A stretch of DNA of 63,990 nt, the filler included, from Octopus bimaculoides (Eukaryota), in NCBI RefSeq assembly GCF_001194135.2. It is 6 parts of 5 records of this genome, joined end to end, with 100 filler letters (N's around TTAATTAATTAA, not from the genome) between each part and the next. Parts side by side here need not be neighbours in the genome. Positions count along the whole stretch, not along the records: positions 15,162 to 38,287 come from NC_068982.1; positions 38,388 to 53,436 come from NC_069005.1; 4 more parts are not named here. The stretch is one strand, 5' to 3'. Both the position numbers and the translations under genes were made by a program. The notes beneath the pieces are model-generated. The model ran no database searches, was not told the origin of the DNA, and saw only the letters and a program-made list of their open reading frames with translations. Positions 37,102 through 50,300 of the stretch are shown here, one piece after another; within the stretch, counting starts at the first letter, position 1; every line of letters starts with the position of its first letter.

Positions 37102-37923
37102 CATTAAAATAATTAACTACTGAATGCGAGAGAGATAACTGTATTTGAATGTGATGACAACTGCTTATGTGTTAAAAGCAGAATTATCTGTATTAGAAGA
37201 CAGCTTATGTCAACATGGAAAATGCAGAAATGTAGGAACAAAACAAAAAATAAATAAATAAATTGGGTGATGAGTTATGTATTTTAACATAGGAACAAAA
37301 AGTGTGAGATTTTGGGAAGAGATAACTTGGAATACACTTTTCAATGTTGAAATAATATGAAGATAGTAAGAAAATGTGTGAGAAGAAGAGCCAAAGAGAG
37401 GATCTTCTTTTGTGTATATGGAGAGGACATTGGAAAGTTAGAAAGGAGGCAGCAAATAATGCAACTTTATCTGCAGGAATACATTTAAGCTTCTTTTTTT
37501 AAATATTACTCCCTAACATTCACTCTCTTTCTTTCTCTCACTACACCACCTTGTGATCATATTCACTTGGATGAGAGATGGCAATGCACATCTGCCAGTT
37601 GATTGGTTTCTCTGCCCTTCTAACCCTGCCATTTATTTTGACATGAGAGTACAATGTATAGGGTAAACTTTAGTTTTTGTAAACAGTGTCAATGGTAAAA
37701 TGCATCCAGTCTACTATGAAATGGTTAGTAATAGGATAGGCATCTAGTTGTAATAATCTTGTTAAAAATGAAGAACTGGATGGAAAAGATATGGATATTG
37801 CAAGTAAGCTATTCAACTCAGCTATTTGAACTCAGAGCATAGCAACAGATGGAATGCTGCTAGCATTCAGCCTGGCATGCTAATGATTTTTCCAGCTCGC
37901 CACCTTAATTAATTATTATTATT

Positions 37924-37960
<37 letters not shown>

Positions 37961-37961
<1 letters not shown>

Positions 37962-38287
37962 CTGCCCTGATGCAGTACCAGGCAGTGGCTCTCGTGGCTT
38001 CTTATCTTAACTGATTGGAAGTGTTATCATGTACATTGTTTTGTCTTGGTATAAAAGATGGGCTACAGCAATTATTCTGCTCCATACCACAGATTTGCTT
38101 GTCAGTTGTTTGACCTTAACCAGTTGAGCATATCCCTTGGTGGCTGACGATATGTGCATCTCTGATCATGAGCAGAAGTAGTGGGGGAGCATCATAGCCA
38201 TGTGTTGAGAGGAATTCTTTGGGGTTTGAATAATTCACTTTTGGAAACATGGTTGTTTTGTTCAACATTCTTAAACAAACCTTATTC
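37961..38287 (+). repeat. Interspersed repeat, 5' part (a second copy covering the 3' part lies at ~53757-54090)
   Basis: 38197-38287 aligns to 53761-53851, with the first 31 nt identical and 12 mismatches over ~90 nt. It is preceded by (AAC)n and truncated by a spacer gap. Confidence 0.65.
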
Positions 38288-38387
38288 NNNNNNNNNNNNN
38301 NNNNNNNNNNNNNNNNNNNNNNNNNNNNNNNTTAATTAATTAANNNNNNNNNNNNNNNNNNNNNNNNNNNNNNNNNNNNNNNNNNNN

Positions 38388-41300
38388 ATTCCTTCTTTCG
38401 TTCATTCACTCGTTCGTTAATTCTTTCTTCGTTCGTTCGTTCGATGATTCATACATACGTACGTTCGTTCGTTCGTTCGTTCGTTTCTTCGTACTTCCAC
38501 ACGTACTTTCTTTCGTTCGGTCGTTCTTTAGTTCTTTCGTTCGTTCGTGCTTTCGCTAGTTTGTTCCTTCGTATGTACGTTCTTTTGTACGTTCTTACGT
38601 AAGTACGAACGTACGTATTTAAGTACGTACGTACGTATGTATGTACGTTCGTTTGTAAGTACGTACGTTCGTTTCTTAGTTCGTATGTACGTACGTACAT
38701 ACGATCGTTTGTGCGTACGTCCGTACGTTCGTTGTTTCGTTCGTTCCTTCGATCGATCGGTCGTTCGTTCGTTCGTTCGATTGTACGTACGTACATTGGT
38801 TCGTTCAAACATTCGTACATACGTACGTTCGTTTATTCGTACTACGTACGTTCGTTCGTTTATTCGTACTACGTACGTTCGTTCGTTCCTTCCTTAATTT
38901 CGTTCGTTCAGTCGTTCGTACGTACGTACTTACATACGTACGTACCTACGTACATACGTTAGTTCATTCGTTCGTACTTACGTACATTCGTTCGTTCGTT
39001 CGATCATTTCTACGTACGGATGTATGTACGTACGTTCGTTCGTTCGTTTGTTTGTTCGATCGATCTTTCTTTCGTTCGCAAGTGCGTAAGTTCGTTCGTT
39101 TGTTCGTTCGTACGTACCTACGTTCGGACGTACGTTAGTACTTACGTACGGACGTATGTACGCACGTTCCTTCGTTCGCTCGATCGTACGTACGTACGTT
39201 TGTTTCTTCGTACGTACGTACTATCGTTCTTTCGTTGGTTCATTCTTTCGNNNNNNNNNNTTCGTACGTACGTACTATCGTTCTTTCGTTGGTTCATTCT
39301 TTCGTTAGTTCGTTCGTTCCATCGCTCGTTCGTTCATACGTACATATCTACGTACGTCCGTTCGTTCGTTCGTTTGTATGTACGTACGATCGTTCGTTCT
39401 GACGTACCTACGAACGTTCGTTCTATCGTTCGTTCCTTCGATCGTTTGGTTGTTCGTTCGTACATACTTACGCACGTTCGTACGTACGTACGTTCGTTAG
39501 TTCGTTCATTCCTTCATTCTTACGTATGAACGTACGTACAAGCGTACCTTCGTTTGTTCGTTGTTTCGTTTGTTCGTTCATTCGTTTCTTTGTAGGTACA
39601 CACGTACGTTCTTTCGTTCGTTCGTGCTTTCGCTAGTTTGTTCCTTCGTATGTACGTTCTTTTGTACGTTCTTACGTAAGTACGAACGTACGTAAGTACG
39701 AACGTACGTACATAAGTACGTACGTACGTAAGTACGTTCGTACGTAAGTACGTTCGTACGTAAGTACGTTCGTACGTAAGTACGTACGTTCGTTCGTTAG
39801 TTCGTTNNNNNNNNNNNNNNNNNNNNNNNNNNNNNNNNNNNNNNNNNNNNNNNNNNNNNNNNNNNNNNNNNNNNNNNNNNNNNNNNNNNNNNNNNNNNNN
39901 NNNNNNNNNNNNNNNNNNNNNNNNNNNNNNNNNNNNNNNNNNNNNNNNNNNNNNNNNNNNNNNNNNNNNNNNNNNNNNNNNNNNTACGTAAGTACGAACG
40001 TACGTACATAAGTACGTACGTACGTAAGTACGTTCGTACGTAAGTACGTTCGTACGTAAGTACGTTCGTACGTAAGTACGTTCGTACGTAAGTACGTTCG
40101 TACGTAAGTACGTACGTTCGTTCGTTAGTTCGTTTGTACGTACGTACGTACGTACGTACGATCGTTTGTGCGTACATACGTACATACGTACGTACTATCG
40201 TTCTTTTGTTGGTTCATTCTTTCGTTAGTTCGCTCGTTCTATCGCTCATTCGTTCATACGTACTTATCTTCGTACGTCCGTTCGTTAGTATGTACGTCCG
40301 TTCGTTATTATGTACGTACGATCGTTCGTTCTTACGTACCTACGTACGTTCGTTCTATCGTTCGTTTCTTCCATCGTTTGGTCGTTCGTTCGTACATACT
40401 TACGAACGGACGTGCATAAGTACTTACGTACGTAAGTACGTACGTTCGTTCGTTAGTTCGTATGTACGTTTGTACGTACGACCGTTTGTGCGTACGTACG
40501 TACGCTCGTTGTTTCGTTCGTTCCTTCGATCGTTCGGTCGATCGATCGTTCGGTCGATCGATCGTTCGATCGTTCGTTTGTTCGTCCGCACGTACATACG
40601 TACGTACGTTCGTTCATTCGTTCGATCGTTCGTTCGTTCGTAGATACGTACGAACGTACGTTCGTTCGTACGTTTGATCGTTAATTCTTTCGGTCGATCG
40701 GTCTTTCCTTCGTCTGTTCGTTCGAACGTAGGTCCTTTCGTTCGTTCGTTTGCTCTTACGTATTTACGTACGTATGTACGTTCGTTCTTTCGTTATTTCG
40801 ATCTTTCGCTCGTTTGTTCTTTCTTTCGTACGCACGTACGTACTTTCGTTCGTTCGTACGTATGTACCTACATTTGTTCGTTAAATCGTTTGTTTTATCG
40901 TTCGATCCTTCTTTCATTCATTCGTTCGTACATACGTACGTTCTGTCATTCGTTCGTTCGTTCAATCGTGCGTACGTACATAATTACGTACGTGCGTACG
41001 TACGTAAGTTCGTTGTTCGTTCGTTCGTTCATTTTCTCGGTCGTTTGTTCGTACGTACGTACGTTCGTTCTTTCGTTCGTTCGGTCATTAGTACATACGT
41101 ACGTACATTCGTTCGTTCGTTAGTTCTTTCGTTGGTTCATTCTTTCGTTAGTTCGTTCGTTCGTATGTACGTTCATTTGTTCATTCATACGTACGTACGT
41201 TCGTTTGTTCTATCGCTCGTTCGTTCATAGTACTTATCTACGTACGTCCGTCCGTATGTACGTACGATCGTTCGTTCTTACGTACGTACGTACGTTCGTT

Positions 41301-44300
41301 CCTTCGATCGTTTGGTCGTGCCTTCGTACATACGTACGCATGTTCTTTCATACGTACGTACGTTCGTTCGGTCGTACGTACTTACATTCGTTCATTCCTT
41401 CATTCTTACGTATGAACGTACGTACAAACGTACCTTCGTTTGTTCGTTGTTTCGTTTCTTCGTACGTATACACGTACGTTCTTTCGTTCGGTCGTTCGTT
41501 CGTTTGATCGTACGTACCTACGTNNNNNNNNNNNNNNNNNNNNNNNNNNNNNNNNNNNNNNNNNNNNNNNNNNNNNNNNNNNNNNNNNNNNNNNNNNNNN
41601 NNNNNNNNNNNNNNNNNNNNNNNNNNNNNNNNNNNNNNNNNNNNNNNNNNNNNNNNNNNNNNNNNNNNNNNNNNNNNNNNNNNNNNNNNNNNNNNNNNTC
41701 CTTCGTTCCATCATTCGTTCCTTAATTTCGTTCGTTCAGTCGTTCGTACGTACGTACGTACATGGGTTAGTTCATTCGTTCGTACGTACGTACATTCGTT
41801 CGCTCGTTCGGTCGTTCCTACGAACGGATGTATGTACGTACGTTAGTTCGTTCGATCGTACCTTTGTTTCTTTGTTTGTTCGATCTTTCTTTCGTTCGCA
41901 AATGCGTACGTTCGTTCGTTCGCTCGTTCGTTTGTTCCTACGAACGGATGTATGTACGTACGTTAGTTCGTTCGATCGTACCTTCGTTTGTTTGTTTGTT
42001 CGATCTTTCTTTCGTTCGCAAGTGCGTACGTACGTTCGTTCGTTCGTTCGTTCGTTCGATCGTTTGATCGTATGTACGTTCATTCGTTCGTTTCTTCCTT
42101 CGTACGTACGGTGGTTCATTCATTCGTACGTATGTACCTACGATTGTTCGTTAAATCGTTTGTTCTATCGTTCATTCCTTCTTTCGTTCATTCATTCGTT
42201 CGTTAATTCATTCTTCGTTCGTTCGTTCAATGATTCATACATACGTACGTTCGTTCGTTCGTTCGCTCATTCGTTCGTTACTACGTACGATCGTTCGTTC
42301 TTACGTACCTATGTACTTTCGTTCTATCGTTCGTTTCTTCGATCGTTTGGTCGTTCGTTCGTACATACTTACGTACGTACGTACTTTCGTTCGTTCGTAC
42401 GTACTTACGTTCGTTCATTCCTTCATTCTTACGTATGAACGTACGTACAAACGTACCTTCGTTTGTTCGTTTCTTCGTACGTACACACGTACGTTCTTTC
42501 GTTCGGTCGTTCGTTAGATTTTTCGTTCGTTCGTGCTTTCGCTAGTTCGTTCCTTCGTATGTACGTTCTTTTGTACGATCTTACGTAATTACGAACGTAC
42601 GTACATAAGTACGTACGTACGTAAGTATGTTCGTTCGTTCGTTCGTATGTACGTACGTACGTACGATCGTTCGTAAGTACGTACTTCGTTCGTTCTATCG
42701 CTCGTTCGTTCACACGTACTTATCTACGTACGTCCGTTCGTTCGTTCGTACATACTTACGCACGTTCGTACGTACGTACGTTCGTTCGTTCGTACGTACG
42801 TTCGTTCGTACGTACTTACGTTCGTTCATTCCTTCATTCTTACGTATGAACGTACGTACAAACGTACCTTCGTGTGTTCGTTGTTTTGTTTGTTCGTTTC
42901 TTCGTACGTACACACGTACGTTCTTTCGTTCGGTCGTTCGTTAGTTCTTTCGTTCGTTCGTGCTTTTGCTAGTTCGTTCCTTCGTATGTACGGTCTTTTG
43001 TACGTTCTTATGTAAGTACGAACGTACGTTCGTACTTACGTACGTACGTTAGTACGTTCGTACGTAAGTACGTTCGTACGTAAGTACGTTCGTACGTAAG
43101 TACGTTCGTACGTAAGTACGTTCGTACGTAAGTACGTACGTTCGTTCGTTAGTTCGTATGTACGTTTGTACGTACGATCGTTTGTGCGTACGTACATACG
43201 CTCGTTGTTTCGTTCGTTCCTTCAATCGTTCGGTCGTTCGTTCGTTCGTTCGTTTGTTCGTCCGCACGTACATACGTACGTACGTTCGTTCATTCGTTCG
43301 ATTGCTCGTTCGTTCGTTCATTCGTAGATACGTACGAAAGTACGTTCGTTGGTACGTATGTACCTACATTTGTTCGTTAAATCGTTTGTTCTATCGTTCG
43401 ATCCTTCTTTCGTTCATTTGTTCGTACATACGTACGTTCTGTCATTCGTTTGTTCCTTCATTCGTGCGTACGTACATAAGTACGTACGTACGTACTTTCG
43501 TTCGATCGTTCCTTCCTTCGTTTATTCGTTCGTTAGATCAATCGTTCGTTCGTTCCTCCGTACGTATGTACGTTCATTCCTTCGTTTCTTCCTTCGTACG
43601 TACGGTTGTTCATTCATTCGTACGTATGTACCTACGATTGTTCGTTAAATCGTTTGTGCTATCGTTCGTTCCTTCTTTCGTTCATTCATTCGTTCGTTAA
43701 TTCTTTCTTCGTTCGTTCNNNNNNNNNNNNNNNNNNNNNNNNNNNNNNNNNNNNNNNNNNNNNNNNNNNNNNNNNNNNNNNNNNNNNNNNNNNNNNNNNN
43801 NNNNNNNNNNNNNNNNNNAAACGTACGTACGTACATACATAAGTACGTACGTACGAACGAACGTAGATACGTACGTAGGTACGCACGAACGTAGGAACGA
43901 ACGAAAGTTTGTACATACGTACGTAGTAACGAACGAACAACCGTACGTACGTACGTCTGAATCAACGAACGAACGAATGAAAGAACGTACTTATGTACGT
44001 ACAAACGAATGAACGAACGAAAGAATTAACGAACGTAGGAATGAACGAAAGAAGGAACGAACGATAGAACAAATGATTTAACGAACAATCGTAGGTACAT
44101 ACGTTCGAACGAACAATCGTAGGTACATACGTTCGAACGAACAACCGTACGTACGAAGGAAGAAACGAACGAATGAACGTACGCACGTGCGTAGGAACAA
44201 ACGAACGATTGATCGAACGAACGAAAGATTGAACGAACGAAAGTACGTACGAGCGAACAAACGAATGAACGATCGATCGAACGAAAGAAAGAAAGAACGT

Positions 44301-47300
44301 ACGTACGTAATTACGTTCCTTTGTTCGCANNNNNNNNNNNNNNNNNNNNNNNNNNNNNNNNNNNNNNNNNNNNNNNNNNNNNTGAACGAACGAAAGAATT
44401 AACGAACGTAGGAATGAACGAAAGAAGGAACGAACGATAGAACAAATGATTTAACGAACAATCGTAGGTACATACGTTCGAACGAACAATCGTAGGTACA
44501 TACGTTCGAACGAACAACCGTACGTACGAAGGAAGAAACGAACGAATGAACGTACGCACGTGCGTAGGAACAAACGAACGATTGATCGAACGAACGAAAG
44601 ATTGAACGAACGAAAGTACGTACGAGCGAACAAACGAATGAACGATCGAACGAACGAAAGAAAGAAAGAACGTACGTACGTAATTACGTTCCTTTGTTCG
44701 CACTTACGTACGTACGTGCGTTCGTTCGTTCGCTCGCTCGTACGTACCTTCGTTCGTTTGTTCGAACGAACGTACATACGTATGTAAATACGTGCGGACG
44801 AACGTACGTATGTACGAATGAACGACTGAACGATCGAAGGAATGAACGAATAAACGAACGTACGCTCGTATGCACGTACGGACGAAGAAAAGAACGATCG
44901 AACGAACGAACGTACGTACGAACGAACGAACTAACGACAGAACTAACGAAGGTACGTAGATACGTTCGAACGAACGAACCCAAGTACGTATGACGTGCGT
45001 ATGTACGTACTACGTGCGTACGCACCTGCGTAGGTACGTGTGTACCGTACGTACATGCGTACATACGAACAAACGAACGAAGGAAAGAACGAAGCAACGA
45101 ACAAAAGGTGGTACGTTTGTACGTACGTTCATACGTAAGGAGGAACGAACGTAGGAACGTAAGTACGTACGTACGAACGATCGACCGTACGTACGTACGA
45201 ACGAACGAACGATCGTACGTAAGTACGTACCTAAGTACGCACGAATGAACAAACAAACGTACGTACGTACAATCGATCGAAAGAACGAACTAATGAATGG
45301 ACGTTCGTACTTACGAAAGAACGAACGTACGTACGTACGTGAGTACGAACGAACGAAAGTACGTACGTACGCAAGTACGAACGAACGGACGTAATTACGT
45401 GCGTACGAACGAACGGATGGACGAGCGAACGTACGTACGTACAAACAAACAAAGGAACGAACGAACGAACATACGTACGTACATGCATTAGTGCGTACGT
45501 ACGAAGGAACGAACATACGTACGTACGTGCATTAGTGCGTACGTACGTGCATTAGTGCGTACGTACGAAGGAACGAACATACGTACGTACGTAGGTAGGA
45601 GCGATCGAACGAACGAACGAACGAAAGTTCGTACATACGTACGTAGTAACGAACGAATGAATGTACGAACGAACGTACGTACGTAGGAATCAACGAACGA
45701 ACGAATGAAAGAACGTACGTACGAACGAATGAACGAAAGAAGGAACGAACGTTAGAACAAACGATTTAACGACTAATTGTAGGTACATACGTACGAACGA
45801 ACAACCGTACGTACGAAGGCAGAAACGAACGAATGAACGTACGTACGTTCGTAGGAACCAACGAACGATTGATTGGACGAACGAACAAACGAAAGAAGGA
45901 ACAAACGATGGAACGAACGAAGGAACGAAAGAACGAACGAAAGTACGTAGGTACGTACGAAGAAACGAACGAAAGATTGAACGAACAAAAGTACGTACGA
46001 ACGAACGAAGGAACGATCGAAAGAAAGAACATACGTACGTAAGTAATTACGTTCCTTCGTTCGTATTTACGTACGTACGTACGTTCTTTCTTTTGTTCGT
46101 TCGAACGTAGGAACGAACGAAATTTTGTACATACGTACGTAGTAACGAACGAACGAACGTACCTACGTACGTCTGAATCAACGAACGAACGAATGAAAGA
46201 ACGTACGTATGTACGTACAAACGAACGAACGAACGAAAGAATTAACGAACGTAGGAATGAACGAAAGAACGAACGAACGATAGAACAAATGATTTAATGA
46301 ACAATCGTAGGTACATACGTTCGAACGAACGAACGAACAACCGTACGTACGAAGGAAGAAACGAACGAATGAACGTACGCACGTACGTAGGAACGAACGA
46401 ACGCTTGATCGAACGAACGCACAAACCAACGAACGAAAGAACGAAGCAACGAACAAAAGGTGGTACGTTTATACGTTCGTTCCTACGTAAGAAGGAACGA
46501 ACGTAGGAACGTAAATATGTACGAACGATCGAACGTACGTACGTAGATAAGAACGTACGTACAAACGATCGTATGTATGTACGTACCTAAGTAAGTACTC
46601 ACGAATGAACAAACGAACGTACATACGTACGTACCTACGAACGAAAGAATGAACCAACGAATGAACAAACAAACGTACGTACGTACGACCGAGCGAACGA
46701 ACGTGCGTACATACGTCCGTACGTACAAGCGAACGAACGACCGTACGTCCGAACGTAGGTACGTACGCACGTACAAAAGAACGAACGAACGTACGTACGT
46801 ACGTACGTAGTACGTACATTAGAATGAACAAACGAACGAACGTACGCACTTGCGAACGAAAGCAAGATCGAACGAACAAACAAACGAACGTACGAATGAA
46901 CGAACCTACGTACATACATCCGTACGTGGGAACGAGCGAACGAATGTACGTACGTACGAACGAATGAACTAACGTATGTATGTACGTGCGTATATACGTA
47001 CGACCGACTGAACGAACAAAATTCAGGAACGAACGAACGGACATACATAGTACGAATAAACAAACGAACGTACGTACGTACAATCGATCGAAAGAACGAA
47101 CTAACGAATGAACGTTCGTACTTACGAAAGAACGAACGAAAGTACGTACGTACATAAGTACGAACGAACGAACGTAGTTACGTACGTACGAACGAACGGA
47201 TGGACGAGCGAACGTACGTACGTACGAACAAACAAAGGAACGAACGAACGTACGTACGTACATACATTAGTGCGTACGTACGAACGAACGTACATACGAA

Positions 47301-50300
47301 CGTAAGTAGGTAGGAACGAAGGAACGAACGAACTAATGAACGAACGAACGAATGAACGAACGAAAGTTCGTACATACGTACGAAGTAACGAACGAATGTA
47401 TGTACGAACGAACAAACGTACGTAGGAATCAACGAACGAACGAATGAAAGAACGTACATACGTTTGAACGAACGACCGAACGAACGAACGTTCGTACGTA
47501 GGTTCGATCATTCGTACATACTTACGTTCCTACGTTCGTTCCTCCAAACGGACCACCTTTTGTTCGTTGCTTCGTTCTTTCCTTCGTTTGTTTGTTCGTA
47601 CGTACGTTCGATCGTTCGTACGTACTTACGTTCCTACGTTCGTTCCTCCTTACGTATGAACGTACGTACAAGCGTATCACCTTTTGTTCGTTGCTTCGTT
47701 CTTTCCGCATGTACGTACGGTACACACGTACGTACGCAGGTGCGTACGGACGTCGTACGTACATACGCACGTCATAGGTACGTAGGTTCGTTCGTTCGGT
47801 GGTTCGTTCGTTCGGTCGTTCGTTCGAACGTATGTACGTACCTTCGTTAGTTCTGTCGTTCTTTCGTTACTTCGTTCGTTCGTTCGTACGTACGTTCGTT
47901 CGTTTTTTTCTTCGTCCGTACGTACATACGAACGTACGTTCGTTCATTCCTTCAATCGTTCGGTCGTTCATACGTACGTACGTACGTACGTACGTTCGTC
48001 CGTTCGTTCGTACGTACGTTTGTTCGTTAATTCTTTCGTTCGTCTGTTCGTTCGAACGTAAATTCTTTCGTTCTTCTGAATCAACGAACGAACGTACGTA
48101 CGTCTGAATCAACGAACGAACAAATGAAAGAACGTACGTATGTACGTACAAACGAACGAAAGAACGAAAGAATGAACCAACGAATGAACAAACGAACGTA
48201 CGTCCGAACGTAGTACATACATTAGAATGAACAAACGAACGAACGAAAGAAAGATCGAACGAACAAACGAACGCACGTACGAACGAATGAAAGAACGTAC
48301 GTACGTACGAACGAACGAACGAAAGAATTAATGAACGAAAGAAGGAACGAACGATAGAACAAACGATTTAACGAACAATCGTAGGTACATACGTACGAAA
48401 GAACGTATGTTCGTAAAAACGATCGAACGAAAAATTGAACGAACGAAAGTACGTATGTACGTACGAACGAACGAACGTGCGTACGAACGAAAGATCGAAA
48501 TAAAGAAAGAACGAACGTACATACGTACGAACGAACGAAAGAACTTACGTTCGAACGAACAGACGAACGAAAGAATGATCGAACGAAAGAATTAACGAAC
48601 AAACGTACGTATGAACGAACGGACGAACGTATGTACGAATGAACGAACGAACGACCGAACGATCGAAGGAATAAACGAACGTACGTTCGTATGTATGTAC
48701 GGACGAAGAAGAAAACGATCGAACGAACGAACGTACGTACGAACGAAAGAACGACAGAACTAACGAAGGTACGTACATACGTTCGAACGAACGTTCGTAC
48801 GTAGATAAGTACGTACGAACGATCGTACCCAAGTACGCACGAATGAACAAACGAACGTACAAACGTACGTACCTACGAAAGAACGTACGTCCGAACGTAG
48901 GTACGTACGAACGAACAGAAGAACGAACGAACGCACGCACTTGCGAACGAAAGCAAGATCGAACGAACAAACAAACGTACGAATGAACGAACGTACGTAC
49001 ATACATACATCCGTACGTGGGAACGAGCGAACGAATGTACGTACGTACGAACGAATGAACTAACGTATGTATGTTCGTTCGTATGTACGTACGAACGACT
49101 GAACGAACAAAATTCAGGAACGAACGTACATAGTACGAATAAACGAACGTACGTATTTCGAACGAACGAACGTACGTACAATCGATCGAAAGAACGAACT
49201 AACGAATGAACGTACGTTCGTAGGAACGAACGAACGATTGATCGAACGAACGCCTAAATGAACAAACGAAAGAAGGAACAGACGATGGAACGAACGAAGG
49301 AACGAAAGAACGAACGAAAGTACGTAGGTACGTACGAACAAACGAACGAAAGATTGAACGAACGAAAGTACGTACGAACAAACGAAAGAAAGAACGTACG
49401 TAGTAAGTAATTACGTTCCTTCGTTCGTACTCACGTACGTACGTACGTAAGTACGAACGAACGAACGTAATTACGTTCGTTCCTTCTTTCGTTCGTTCGT
49501 TCGTTGATTCGTTCGTTCGTTACTACGTACTTACGAACGAATGAACGAACGAGCGATCGAACGAACGTACTTATGTACGTACGCACGAATGAACGAACGA
49601 AAGAACGAAAGAATCAAAGAACGAAAGAAGGATCGAACAATAGAACAAACGATTTAACGAACAAATATAGGTACATACGTACGAACGAACGAAAGTACAT
49701 ATGTACGTACGAACGAACAAATGTACGTGCGTTCGAACGAAAGAAAGAACGAACGAACGAAAGATCGAAATAACGAATGAACGAACGTACGTACGTATGT
49801 ATGTACGAATGAACGAACGTACGAACGACCGAACGATCGAAGGAACGAACGAATGAATGAACGTACGTACGTATGTACGTACGGACGAAGAAAAAAACGA
49901 TCGTACGAACGAACGTGCGTAAGAACGAACTAACGACAGAACTAACGAAGGTACGTACATACGTACGTACGAACGACCGATCGAACGTACGGCGTGCGTA
50001 TGTACGTACGACATGCGTACGTGCGTTCGTACGTACGACCTGCGTACGTACGTGTGTACGTACGTACAAGCGTACGTGCAAATAAACGAAAGAACGAAGC
50101 AACGAACAAAAGGTGGTACGTTTGTACGTACATTCATACGTAAGAAGGAACGAACGTAGGAACCTAAGTACGTACGAACGATCGTACGTACGTACGTACG
50201 AACGAACGAACGAACGTACGTACGAACGAACGTACGTACGAACGAACGTACGTACGAACGAACGTACGTACGAACGAACGAACTAACGAACGTATGTACG

